This document shows positions 9,582 through 18,549 of a DNA stretch of 64,000 bases, one piece after another (the stretch's first letter is position 1; each line of letters begins with the position of its first letter). This stretch comes from a virus. The notes beneath the pieces are model-generated. The model searched no databases and was not told where the DNA came from. It saw only the letters and a list, made by a program, of their open reading frames with translations. Where the stretch lies: positions 32,001-96,000 of IMG/VR virus record IMGVR_UViG_3300024346_009227, one strand, 5' to 3'. The translations under genes were made by a program, and so were the position numbers.

Positions 9582-10577
9582 ATGCATCCTGCATTAAGTA
9601 ATATAATAAGGTCATCCACTAGAAAAAGTGGAGATAGACTTAAGATACTTACATTTTCAACTCACGAAAGATATCAGTCTAATATGGCTAATATCAATGC
9701 TGATTTTTGGGTTATAAATAATCCAAAGATTAAGTCTTGGAATACTCAATATGCAGAAATACCAAAAAACCATAAGATACTAAATGATATAGAAAAAATA
9801 TCTGATATTCCAAATTATCTTAATTTTGATGCTATTCTAAGCCATGAAAAATTTATGCAGTTTGATATAGCTTTAACCATATCTAGACATTTACATATAC
9901 CCTTAATATGTTTAGAACATATATGCATGACACAAGCAAGAACGCCACTAAAGAAAAAGATTGGTAATACAAACATATTTATTTCTGAATATTCTGTAAA
10001 ATCATGGGATTTTAAAGGAGAACATGAAGTTATAAATCATGGAGTTGATACGAAAGTCTTTAATAATAAAAAAATAAAAAGAGAAAATAATATTTTAAGT
10101 GTTGTTAATGATTGGCAAAATAGAGATTATGAATGTGGATTTACATTATGGCAAAATATAACAAAAGATATGCCAGTAATTGTAATTGGCAGCAATCTTG
10201 GGCTTTCTGAACCAGCTAAAAATATCGATGATTTAGTCAATGGTTATAATAGATCTAGCATATTTTTAAATACATCAATATTTAGTCCATTGCCAACCAC
10301 TTTAATAGAAGCTATGGCATGTGGGTGCTGTGTTATTACTACTGCAAATGGTATGTGTTCAGAAATAATAAAAAATGGCGTAAACGGATTTATTTCAAAT
10401 GATGAAAATGAACTCAAGTCTTTCTTAAATAATTGTTTAAAAAATCCTTCTTTATGCAGGAAAATGGGTGATGAAGCAAGAAAGACAATACTTGAAAATT
10501 TTTCTTTAGAATCTTTTACGAATAGATGGAATGAAGTTTTACAAAAGGCAGTAACCAAAAACTGGTGGGAATTATGA
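9582..10577 (+). CDS. GT-B (GT4-like) glycosyltransferase
   Basis: INHGVDTKVF, PTTLIEAMACGCCVITT and EIIKNGVNGFI. Confidence 0.88.
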   Translation: MHPALSNIIRSSTRKSGDRLKILTFSTHERYQSNMANINADFWVINNPKIKSWNTQYAEIPKNHKILNDIEKISDIPNYLNFDAILSHEKFMQFDIALTISRHLHIPLICLEHICMTQARTPLKKKIGNTNIFISEYSVKSWDFKGEHEVINHGVDTKVFNNKKIKRENNILSVVNDWQNRDYECGFTLWQNITKDMPVIVIGSNLGLSEPAKNIDDLVNGYNRSSIFLNTSIFSPLPTTLIEAMACGCCVITTANGMCSEIIKNGVNGFISNDENELKSFLNNCLKNPSLCRKMGDEARKTILENFSLESFTNRWNEVLQKAVTKNWWEL

Positions 10578-11053
10578 AAATAAATATAGGAATACCATTC
10601 TTTAAAGAAGATGTCGAGGACAGTGAGTTTACATATATAAGCCCATTTCCAACATCGTCTGAAAGTGTTTTATATTGTCATTATCAAGATTTAAGTAAAA
10701 TTGCAGATGATGGTGAACTAGATGCTATTTCCTGCAAAAGAGTTTTAAATTTTATAAGTCATTTAGAAATAAAAGATACTATTAAACATTGGTGCAAAAA
10801 ATTAAAGCACGAAGGAAAATTATTTTTATTTTTTGAAGATATTATTGAATTATGCAGATTAATAACAATTGGATCTATTAAAGAACAAGATATTTCACAA
10901 TATGTTTATGGCGGTCAAGAAGAAGGATGGAACTTTAAAAAATCTGGATTTACAATACCTTTTATAAAAAATATACTTGTAGAAAATGGTATGATAATAG
11001 AGAATGTTAAACTTGACTCATTTTACTGTTATATAGAATCAAGGAGAAAATAA
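10574..11053 (+). CDS. Class I SAM methyltransferase-like protein (divergent)
   Basis: DGELDAI..KRVLNFI..HWCKKLKHEGKL..YGGQ resembles short methyltransferase_11-type phage proteins. The GxG motif is not conserved. ATGA overlap with the upstream gene. Confidence 0.55.
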   Translation: MKINIGIPFFKEDVEDSEFTYISPFPTSSESVLYCHYQDLSKIADDGELDAISCKRVLNFISHLEIKDTIKHWCKKLKHEGKLFLFFEDIIELCRLITIGSIKEQDISQYVYGGQEEGWNFKKSGFTIPFIKNILVENGMIIENVKLDSFYCYIESRRK

Positions 11054-11874
11054 TGCTAGGAAGTGTTCATACATCATGTAAAGATTGTATTTTTGCTATT
11101 TATTCTGATAAAACACAAACGGACTGCTCTTTTGATAAAATAAAAAAGCTTAAAGAAAATGGTGTTGCTGTAGATGAATCATTTGATGATGAAAAAGAAT
11201 TTTTTGTAATTAACAATCATGCTTGTATGACATATAGACCTCCAATTTTTTTAGAAGGAAAAACATTTGAAGAAGCAAAGCAGAGTGCTAGAGATAGATG
11301 TTCAGTTAGAATTGGTTGTTTAGTTATGATAAAAGAAAATCAGGAAAATTTAATTAGAATTATAGATAGCATTTGCAATCAAACCAAACAATTTAGTGAA
11401 GTAATTTTTTGTGCCAATCCAGAAGTTCAACCATCAAAAATAATGAAACTTCTTAATGATAAAAAAGTTACATTTAAGTGGTCTATTAGACATATACTTG
11501 ATAGTGAATATATTGGTGATGTTTCTATAAATGTGGCAATGCAAAAAACAAATTGTATATATATGTCTGTTTTTACTTCAGACTTTATTATTCCAAATAA
11601 ATTTGTAGAAGAAATTGATATTGCATTAAATGATGATATGCAAAGATTTTTATTGTTAGAACCAATTGATTCTAAAAATAATGGTCTTACCTTTCAATCT
11701 TTTATATTTAATTCCTTGCGTGGAAATGAAGAGGCTGTTCTTGATGATGATTCAGAAAAGTCGGCAAATAGCATTATTGAAAAAATAAAATATGTGGCTA
11801 CAACTCAAAACCTCACTTCCATGATTAAAAAGTGTGAAGATATATGTCCATGCATAGTAAACAGCCAAGAGTAA
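11053..11874 (+). CDS. Hypothetical protein: Cys-rich N-terminus plus a degenerate GT2-like region
   Basis: TSCKDCIFA...C...C, then a segment resembling the GT-A N-terminus (LIRIIDSICNQT...EVIF). Located inside the GT operon. Confidence 0.5.
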   Translation: MLGSVHTSCKDCIFAIYSDKTQTDCSFDKIKKLKENGVAVDESFDDEKEFFVINNHACMTYRPPIFLEGKTFEEAKQSARDRCSVRIGCLVMIKENQENLIRIIDSICNQTKQFSEVIFCANPEVQPSKIMKLLNDKKVTFKWSIRHILDSEYIGDVSINVAMQKTNCIYMSVFTSDFIIPNKFVEEIDIALNDDMQRFLLLEPIDSKNNGLTFQSFIFNSLRGNEEAVLDDDSEKSANSIIEKIKYVATTQNLTSMIKKCEDICPCIVNSQE

Positions 11875-12617
11875 CTGTAGTTGTACCAAATTACAATTAT
11901 GGTCGTTGGATAGAAAGCTGTTTAGATAGCATAGCTAATGATCCGTATGATAGCAAAAGCATTGTAGTTGTTGATGATGGATCTACAGATAACTCAGCAC
12001 AAAAAGTATATAATTTAATAACTAATCCAAAACCATTTTTAGAAAATGAAATATCTGGAATAATTGGAACATATAAAGATTATAATTTTAAAATAAAATT
12101 AATTGCTGCAAATGTATCTAGAGGCCCATCAGCAGCTAGAAATATTGGAATAAAGTCTTGTTTTAATGAAACAGATTTCTTTTCATTTATTGATTCAGAT
12201 GACATGCACATTTCTGGGAAAATAAAAAAAACAGTTAAAAAAATGATTGAGCATCAAGGTTATGTTGGAGTTGTATATTGTGATTATGAAAATTTACATG
12301 TAGATAAAAATAAAGTTGATCAACAATATAAAGAACCATTCTGTTTAGAGAGATTGCTTTTGGAGTGCATAATTCCACCACATAGTTTAGTTGCCAAGTA
12401 TGCAATTGAAGAATCAGGTTTTTTTGACGAAGAAATGCGTGTGGCAGAAGATTATGATTGGTGGATAAGAATAGCTAAAAAATTTGTTTGTTATCATATA
12501 CCAGAAAAATATGTAATCATGAGAACAGGAAAACATAATTCTTCTAATACAGTAGAAGAAAATATATGGGTTAAAAATTGGGCAAGAATAAGAGACAAAA
12601 TAAGTAATGGCTCATAA
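11844..12617 (+). CDS. GT2 (GT-A) glycosyltransferase
   Basis: VVVPNYNYG, VVVDDGSTD, GPSAARNIG, FIDSDD and AEDYDWWIRI. Confidence 0.93.
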   Translation: MSMHSKQPRVTVVVPNYNYGRWIESCLDSIANDPYDSKSIVVVDDGSTDNSAQKVYNLITNPKPFLENEISGIIGTYKDYNFKIKLIAANVSRGPSAARNIGIKSCFNETDFFSFIDSDDMHISGKIKKTVKKMIEHQGYVGVVYCDYENLHVDKNKVDQQYKEPFCLERLLLECIIPPHSLVAKYAIEESGFFDEEMRVAEDYDWWIRIAKKFVCYHIPEKYVIMRTGKHNSSNTVEENIWVKNWARIRDKISNGS

Positions 12618-13293
12618 ACTTGGCGTTGTTATATTAGCTGCTGGCCTTGGCAAAAGAATGAAGGCATATGGTCCTAAATCGGCTATTGGTATATCTTCAG
12701 ATCAAACAGTTATAGGTAGACAAATAAGTATAATTCAATCATGTTTTCCAAAATATGAAATAACTGTAATAGTAGGCTTTCAAAAAGATAAAGTATTAGA
12801 AAAAATGCCATCTTTAATTTCATATATAGAGAACAAAAGCTATGAATCTACTAATACATCAATGTCTGTTAATTTAGCTTTAAGTAGAAATAACTATTCA
12901 AAACTTTTAATAATTTATGGCGATCTTGTTTTTACAGATGAAATATTTAAGGAAACGCCAAAAAATAATTCTTGGGTTGCTATAGATAATGAAAAAAATC
13001 AAAGGTCTATGGAAGTTGGAGTTAATGTAGTTGATAATAATGTGGTTCATTTTTCCTATGGCGTAAGTCCAAAGTGGGGGCATATAGCTATGCTTACTGG
13101 GAATGAACTACTTCTTTATAAAAAAATAACAAATAACGAAAGATCACATAAGAAATTTTGTTTTGAAATTTTTAATGAAATAATAGATCAATCTGGTATA
13201 TTCAAAGCTCATAGAAACAACAATTGGAAAATGGTTGAAATAGATACTTCCAAAGATATAGATAGAGCAAAGAAACTAGTGAAAAGAGGCTAA
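12607..13293 (+). CDS. Sugar-phosphate or choline-phosphate nucleotidyltransferase (LicC-like)
   Basis: ILAAGLGKRM..GPK, IYGDLVF and EIDTSKDI. Confidence 0.85.
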   Translation: MAHKLGVVILAAGLGKRMKAYGPKSAIGISSDQTVIGRQISIIQSCFPKYEITVIVGFQKDKVLEKMPSLISYIENKSYESTNTSMSVNLALSRNNYSKLLIIYGDLVFTDEIFKETPKNNSWVAIDNEKNQRSMEVGVNVVDNNVVHFSYGVSPKWGHIAMLTGNELLLYKKITNNERSHKKFCFEIFNEIIDQSGIFKAHRNNNWKMVEIDTSKDIDRAKKLVKRG

Positions 13294-13294
13294 G

Positions 13295-14161
13295 ATGAAT
13301 ATTCTTTGTGTTCATGGAGAACAATTAAACATAGAAGAATTCTCAGGTTGGGGTAAGGCTTTTATATCTTGTGGACATGATTTCTTATTTATTAAACAAA
13401 AAGAAAAATCAATTTTAGATGCTTTTTACGAAAAAAAACCAGACTTATTTATTACATGTGAATCAGTATTTGATAGAGCCACAAAAAAAGCAATAAACCT
13501 TTATCCAAAATGCAAGGTTGTTATATTTTATAAAAACATATCTTTTTTACAAAACAAAAACTTTCATGAAAATGTTTATTGTTTTAATCAATTTGATCCA
13601 TCTATAGATATCTATCCTTTGCTCAAAGGAAAATCAAAACCAAATTTAATTTCTGACATTAATTATGTAGGCGAATATATAGATCATGATGACAATGTTA
13701 TTTTAAATACGCTTTCTGAAAATGGATTTGTTGTTAAGGTATGGGGAGATAAGAAGTGGCCTTACAGACAGTACTTAGGTAAGGCAAAGGAAAAGCTAGT
13801 TAAAGACATTATAATGTCATGTTCACTGTCTATTTCCTCTGATTTATTTTCTGGTGAAATTTGGCCTTTAAAGGTGTTCGCATCTGGAAAACCATGTATA
13901 CTGTATAGATCGGCTAAGACTAAAGATTTAATAGGTGCAGATAACTTTAATTATGAAGATGAAGAATCGTTTTTTAAAGCTATTATCGACTTGCTTCAAA
14001 ATCCAGATTCTTTAAATGACGAAGTAGAAAGAATAAATAAAGATGTAAGGAATAATCATACATCACATAATAGAGTAGCAAAACTTTTTAATCTATTGGG
14101 TATGGAACAGGAGTCAGATAAATGTCTACTGGAACTAAAGAAAATTCTAGAGAAGTATTAA
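13295..14161 (+). CDS. CgeB-like GT-B glycosyltransferase (divergent)
   Basis: SDINYVGE, KVWGDKKWP..YLG, and a C-terminal VRNNHTSHNRV typical of Glyco_trans_1_2/CgeB proteins. Confidence 0.65.
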   Translation: MNILCVHGEQLNIEEFSGWGKAFISCGHDFLFIKQKEKSILDAFYEKKPDLFITCESVFDRATKKAINLYPKCKVVIFYKNISFLQNKNFHENVYCFNQFDPSIDIYPLLKGKSKPNLISDINYVGEYIDHDDNVILNTLSENGFVVKVWGDKKWPYRQYLGKAKEKLVKDIIMSCSLSISSDLFSGEIWPLKVFASGKPCILYRSAKTKDLIGADNFNYEDEESFFKAIIDLLQNPDSLNDEVERINKDVRNNHTSHNRVAKLFNLLGMEQESDKCLLELKKILEKY

Positions 14162-14826
14162 GTGTAAATTTAGGTTTTGTCAAATCTTCAGATCATCTTA
14201 GAAAGTGTTTGTGGTGGATAACTAGAGACTTTACTAATACTACCTTAAAAGTAATTATAGCCATAGAAGACAATGAAACATCTAATGATATAATAGATGT
14301 TTTAGAAACATATTCAACAAGATGTTCTTGGATTGTTATTAAAACTAAACCAGAACATTTAATAGAAACATATAACTTAAAAACATATCAACAATCAAAA
14401 AGTTTAGCTCATAAAATATGCGATAAGTTTTGCACTAATAAAAAAATAATTGCAAGTCCTCAGATAATTTATGGCAATAATTGCTTCAAAGAATTTGCAG
14501 ATCAAATAAACAATGATTTTGTAAATACAATGAATTGCTATTCAATGCCACCATATGTTCAAGTTGGTCTTATGGATGCCTCTTCTAATCTTTCAAACTT
14601 TTTAATGAAAGAGTGTTTTAAATTCCCAATATACAATTTTGAATATCCAGCAAAAATAGCTGATTATACAGTTAAGTCGTTTTATAAAACCGAAGAAAAT
14701 AAAGAAGTTAAATTTTTAGATTTTAATTGTTTCTTTTTAGAAACAAATGATTCTTGCCCACAAATAGATGTTGAGCCTAACGAATCTACAATAGAACAAA
14801 GCAGTATTGTGGAGTGGTTATGTTAG
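14122..14826 (+). CDS. Hypothetical protein in the glycosylation cluster
   Basis: 234-aa ORF that overlaps its neighbours. Weak GT-A-like N-terminus. Start position uncertain. Confidence 0.55.
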   Translation: MSTGTKENSREVLSVNLGFVKSSDHLRKCLWWITRDFTNTTLKVIIAIEDNETSNDIIDVLETYSTRCSWIVIKTKPEHLIETYNLKTYQQSKSLAHKICDKFCTNKKIIASPQIIYGNNCFKEFADQINNDFVNTMNCYSMPPYVQVGLMDASSNLSNFLMKECFKFPIYNFEYPAKIADYTVKSFYKTEENKEVKFLDFNCFFLETNDSCPQIDVEPNESTIEQSSIVEWLC

Positions 14827-15560
14827 CATTTAAAATACCAAAACCAATAACTATAATCGGTGATCATACTAATAGAGCAATTAGTTTTGCATCATGTAAT
14901 TTTTGTACATGCATTAACTTTAATACTATAATTGAGCAAAAAGAACCATGTGATTCAACATTAAAGGTATTAAAGTATTTAAATTTACATAAAACTTTTG
15001 AGAAAAATATAATTATAAAAGATCTTTATCCCAATGATGACTTTGCTAAAGTTCAATCTGCTGTATTTGGTGGGTTAAATTATTTAACAATTTCAGATCA
15101 TCTTTGGTTTTCAATAAAGCTTAATTATAAAAAAGAATTTTTTGACCATATTATGCTTTATGAAATAAATAAAGATTTTTTTGAATACGATAAATCTATA
15201 GCTAAATCATTTCATAAAATGGACAACCTTGAAAAGATGGTTGGTGATTTTTATGATGCATATCAAGAAAACAATTGGTTGTTTTTAGGACAATTAATAA
15301 ACTCCTACTGGAAAATAAAAAGAGATATTGATCCAGCATCTAAAAACCCATACATAGAAAAACTCTATTCTGATTGCAGATTGAATGGTGCAATAGGTGG
15401 TAAAATGGATGGTTCTTTAATGTTGTTATTTGTAAAACCAGAAAATCAAGATTCAATAAAGTCAATAATGAAAGACCATGTTCAAATAAATAGTGGTTTA
15501 GATTTAACTGGCATAATTCATGAGGAACTATTCAGTGGAAATAGCAATTGTTGTAAATAA
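14820..15560 (+). CDS. GHMP-kinase-like protein (HddA-like), catalytic motifs degenerate
   Basis: The C-terminus LGQLINSYWKIKR..SKNPYIEKLY...NGAIGGKM matches the HddA-type GHMP C-domain. The Gly-rich ATP loops are absent. Confidence 0.6.
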   Translation: MLAFKIPKPITIIGDHTNRAISFASCNFCTCINFNTIIEQKEPCDSTLKVLKYLNLHKTFEKNIIIKDLYPNDDFAKVQSAVFGGLNYLTISDHLWFSIKLNYKKEFFDHIMLYEINKDFFEYDKSIAKSFHKMDNLEKMVGDFYDAYQENNWLFLGQLINSYWKIKRDIDPASKNPYIEKLYSDCRLNGAIGGKMDGSLMLLFVKPENQDSIKSIMKDHVQINSGLDLTGIIHEELFSGNSNCCK

Positions 15561-15993
15561 AATAAGATTTAGCCAGCTTTCTTATCTTCTTACTAAACAG
15601 TCAGAAGACAACAACTTAATTGTATTTTCTCAAAGAGAATACACTATTAACGCAAACAATGGATTTTCTATCTGTATGATGTATGATTTTTGGAATTATA
15701 AAGGCAAGAACATTGTTGCTACAGATATAGATTCATGTAAACTTATCTTAAAAAACCCATCTGTAAAAAGTTTTTATTTTTATGTTTGGGATTTAGAATG
15801 GATTAGGTTTGAGTCTTTTGATTATGAAGACATTCAACAAATATATGGTAATAGCAAAATTAAACTAGTTGCTAGAAGTGATAGACACGCATTAGCGATT
15901 GAACAAGCATGGAATAAAAAATGTTTGGTGGTTGAAGACTTTAAATTAAGCGAAATATTTAGGAGCGATAAAAATGAACCAGTTAACGCATGA
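15520..15993 (+). CDS. Hypothetical protein, possibly a glycosyltransferase-related domain
   Basis: NIVATD, FYVWDLEW and LVARS pattern. Last gene of the GT cluster. Confidence 0.55.
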   Translation: MRNYSVEIAIVVNKIRFSQLSYLLTKQSEDNNLIVFSQREYTINANNGFSICMMYDFWNYKGKNIVATDIDSCKLILKNPSVKSFYFYVWDLEWIRFESFDYEDIQQIYGNSKIKLVARSDRHALAIEQAWNKKCLVVEDFKLSEIFRSDKNEPVNA

Positions 15994-16738
15994 GTATCTA
16001 ATAGAACATTATGTGCAACAACTTAAATCTACATATCAAATAGCAGAAGAATTTGGCACATACCCCAACAAGGTTAGAAGGGCTTTAGTTGAGTTTGGTA
16101 TACCACTTAGGGATAAATCTCAAGCACAAGAGAAGGCTATAGAAACTGGTAGGTGTAAACACCCCACAAAAGGGAAGAAAGCATCAGAAGCAACAAAAAA
16201 TAAGATAAGTGATTCTATAGCTAATGTATGGCAAGAAATGGGTGAAGATGAAAAGAAGAGAAGGGCTGAAATGTCTAGACAGCAATGGGAATCTAAGTCT
16301 GTGCAAAAAGTAGAAGAAATGCAAAAGGCAGCAGCAATATCAGTTAGGGCAGCAGCAGTATACGGATCTAAACTAGAAAAGTTTTTGATTACTGGATTAA
16401 AAAAAGAAGGCTTTAAAGCAGACTTTCACAAAGAATTTTGGGCTATTGACAGAAAACAGCACATAGATATATTTATATCTGATCTTAATTTGGCAATAGA
16501 AATAGATGGGCCAAGTCATTTTAGATCAATTTGGGGTGAGGATATACATAAAAAACAAGTAGCTAGTGACAGTAAAAAGACTGGGTTTATAATAAATGCT
16601 GGAATGAAAATGATTCGTGTAAAAAATATAGATGGAAATAGTTCTGGATTTTATATGAGAACGATCTTGAAAAAACTTTTACATACAATAGACTTAGTGA
16701 AGAATGGTACGAAGGAAAGCTTTTTTGAACTGGAGTAA
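15974..16738 (+). CDS. Free-standing homing endonuclease-like protein (HTH + NUMOD3-like + Vsr/DUF559 nuclease)
   Basis: STYQIAEEFGTYPNKVRRAL (HTH), GKKASEATKNKIS (NUMOD3-like), SKLE..HIDIF..LAIEIDGPSHF. Confidence 0.75.
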   Translation: MNQLTHEYLIEHYVQQLKSTYQIAEEFGTYPNKVRRALVEFGIPLRDKSQAQEKAIETGRCKHPTKGKKASEATKNKISDSIANVWQEMGEDEKKRRAEMSRQQWESKSVQKVEEMQKAAAISVRAAAVYGSKLEKFLITGLKKEGFKADFHKEFWAIDRKQHIDIFISDLNLAIEIDGPSHFRSIWGEDIHKKQVASDSKKTGFIINAGMKMIRVKNIDGNSSGFYMRTILKKLLHTIDLVKNGTKESFFELE

Positions 16739-16741
16739 TTA

Positions 16742-17407
16742 ATGTTAGATGAAGAAGAGAATGAAATTCCTCTTAGGACTAGTAGAGATTGGAACGAGTA
16801 TGTACTATCTCATTTTGGTCCAGATGAATTAGCTGATGGAAACCCAACAGTAGATGGTTTAAGAAGGGTTACAGAACTTCTTCTTGGGCCAATTATTGAT
16901 GGAAATGCCAAGGTAGTACAATCACCAACACCTCAGAATGACAATAGATGTGTTGTTGAATATGAAGTTACAGTTCGTATTGGAGAGGAAGTAGTATCGC
17001 AACAAAGTGTGGCTGATTGTTATCCTGGCAATTGTGACCACCGATTTGCCGTCTATTCTTCTGCAATAGCTGAAACTAGGGCTGAAGGTCGAGCATTGAG
17101 GAAACTTCTCAAATTACGCAAAGTAATCGCTGCTGAAGAAGCAGGGCTAGTTCCTCTTGAAGAAACTGGGGTTAATGGTAAAATAACTCCTACGCAGATG
17201 AATTTCATAGAAACTCTCTGCCAAAGAAATGATATCAATGTACCAGCTTATTTGGGTGCAGCAAAGGATTTTAACTTTAATGGAAAGCTTGAAGAAATTC
17301 CATACAAGTCAGCAGTTGCTGTAATATCACATTTGTCTGAAATGCAAAGAAATCAAGCGTCTATTAATGTTAAGTTCAAGGGCTATAACTCTAACTGGAG
17401 GAAGTAA
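16742..17407 (+). CDS. Rad52/Sak-like single-strand annealing protein
   Basis: Beta-beta-beta-alpha pattern ending AIAETRAEGRALRKLL, plus a C-terminal ITPTQMNFIETL helical domain. Confidence 0.6.
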   Translation: MLDEEENEIPLRTSRDWNEYVLSHFGPDELADGNPTVDGLRRVTELLLGPIIDGNAKVVQSPTPQNDNRCVVEYEVTVRIGEEVVSQQSVADCYPGNCDHRFAVYSSAIAETRAEGRALRKLLKLRKVIAAEEAGLVPLEETGVNGKITPTQMNFIETLCQRNDINVPAYLGAAKDFNFNGKLEEIPYKSAVAVISHLSEMQRNQASINVKFKGYNSNWRK

Positions 17408-17409
17408 TT

Positions 17410-17778
17410 ATGAAGGCTATCATCCCAACAAAGTTTTGCACAATTGAAATTGATTGTGACTCTGTTAAAGATGTGTTTAGAGAAGTAGGAGGAATCTCCG
17501 AGATCTTTAATGAAGAAAAGTGTGGGTTGTGTGGTAATACAGCAATTATGCCAAAAACACGATCTGTAGAAAAAAACAAGAAAGTTTACGAATATTTTGA
17601 GATGGGTTGCACTAACTCAAAATGTAGGGCAAGGTTGTCTTATGGGCAGCGACAAGATGGTGGTGGGATTTTCCCAGTACGCAAGCTTGATACTAATGGT
17701 AAGCCTGATCGTGAAGCTGGTTCTTATGGTCCACATAATGGTTGGAGCAAATACCGAGGCGAAAACAAAGATGAGTGA
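17410..17778 (+). CDS. Zn-ribbon-containing hypothetical protein
   Basis: CGLCG...CTNSKC. Confidence 0.7.
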   Translation: MKAIIPTKFCTIEIDCDSVKDVFREVGGISEIFNEEKCGLCGNTAIMPKTRSVEKNKKVYEYFEMGCTNSKCRARLSYGQRQDGGGIFPVRKLDTNGKPDREAGSYGPHNGWSKYRGENKDE

Positions 17779-17929
17779 TGTTGGTATTGATGTTAGCTCT
17801 TTAAAGACTGAAGAGCTTAAAAAAGAACTCCTTTGGCTAGACGGATATGATACCGAATGGTCAAAGGAGATTTCTAAATTAATTAAAGAAGAACTTAAGC
17901 TTAGAGATATTCAAGTTCAACCCACATAG
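17771..17929 (+). CDS. Small hypothetical protein, last gene of the + strand arm
   Basis: ATG 17771 overlaps the end of the upstream gene. Reads MSDVGIDVSSLKTEELKKELL... and its 3' end overlaps the convergent gene. Confidence 0.5.
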   Translation: MSDVGIDVSSLKTEELKKELLWLDGYDTEWSKEISKLIKEELKLRDIQVQPT

Positions 17930-18515
17930 CATATTGGGTTTTTGAACCAATCGAGTCTGGAGATGCAGATAGAGCAAGATACCAGTCGTGCCTATTTGAT
18001 ATAGTTCCACTTCCACTTGGACTTAAGCCTGACATTCCAGGCGAACTGGCTAATGATACAATTGATCCAGATCCTGCTGGCGTTTGCCAAGAAGAAGATC
18101 CAGAACCATCTAAGACATTGGTTACGCTAGGATGAATAAGCTCTGCAACTTTAGTAGTAACACCACTAGCTGCATTATTAATGTTTGATCTATCGTAGAT
18201 CCTTAGCTTTACATTCTGTGTAGCTACTGGGCTAGTATGGGTAAAACGCACATTTAAACTAGCTTGAGCATTGGTTATTGCTTGAAGATTTAGACCACTT
18301 GGAGATCCAATCCCATTAACTATTCCAGAGCTTGGATGAGAATATTTAATATTTGTTAGTGCAGCACCAGCAATTGTGCCATTACTATTAGTTATATAGG
18401 TAGAATCTTGATATGCACCTACAGAAACAGACGATCCAAATCCAGAGCTTCCAAAGAAACCTACACCACTGGAACCAATATCGTTTGTTGCTGAATAAAA
18501 AGCAAATGTAGCCAT
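17901..18515 (-). CDS. Putative virion structural protein (Ser/Gly-rich, beta-rich)
   Basis: AGGAG SD, its own copy of the promoter motif, and terminal position in the structural arm. Confidence 0.65.
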   Translation of the reverse strand: MATFAFYSATNDIGSSGVGFFGSSGFGSSVSVGAYQDSTYITNSNGTIAGAALTNIKYSHPSSGIVNGIGSPSGLNLQAITNAQASLNVRFTHTSPVATQNVKLRIYDRSNINNAASGVTTKVAELIHPSVTNVLDGSGSSSWQTPAGSGSIVSLASSPGMSGLSPSGSGTISNRHDWYLALSASPDSIGSKTQYAMWVELEYL

Positions 18516-18537
18516 GATTTTTTCTCCTGATATATAG

Positions 18538-18549
18538 TATATTACACCA
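18538..18549 (-). promoter_or_regulatory. Putative late promoter motif TGGTGTAATATA
   Basis: One of four near-identical copies found immediately upstream of structural genes. Confidence 0.6.

Noticed and set aside
5849-9584. Amber (TAG) recoding, suggested by in-frame TAG junctions dnaE-C/ssb and phoH/GT
   Set aside because: Long genes, including the 14.8-kb TMP, are uninterrupted in the standard code. TAGs fall at natural protein ends and overlap SD sequences.
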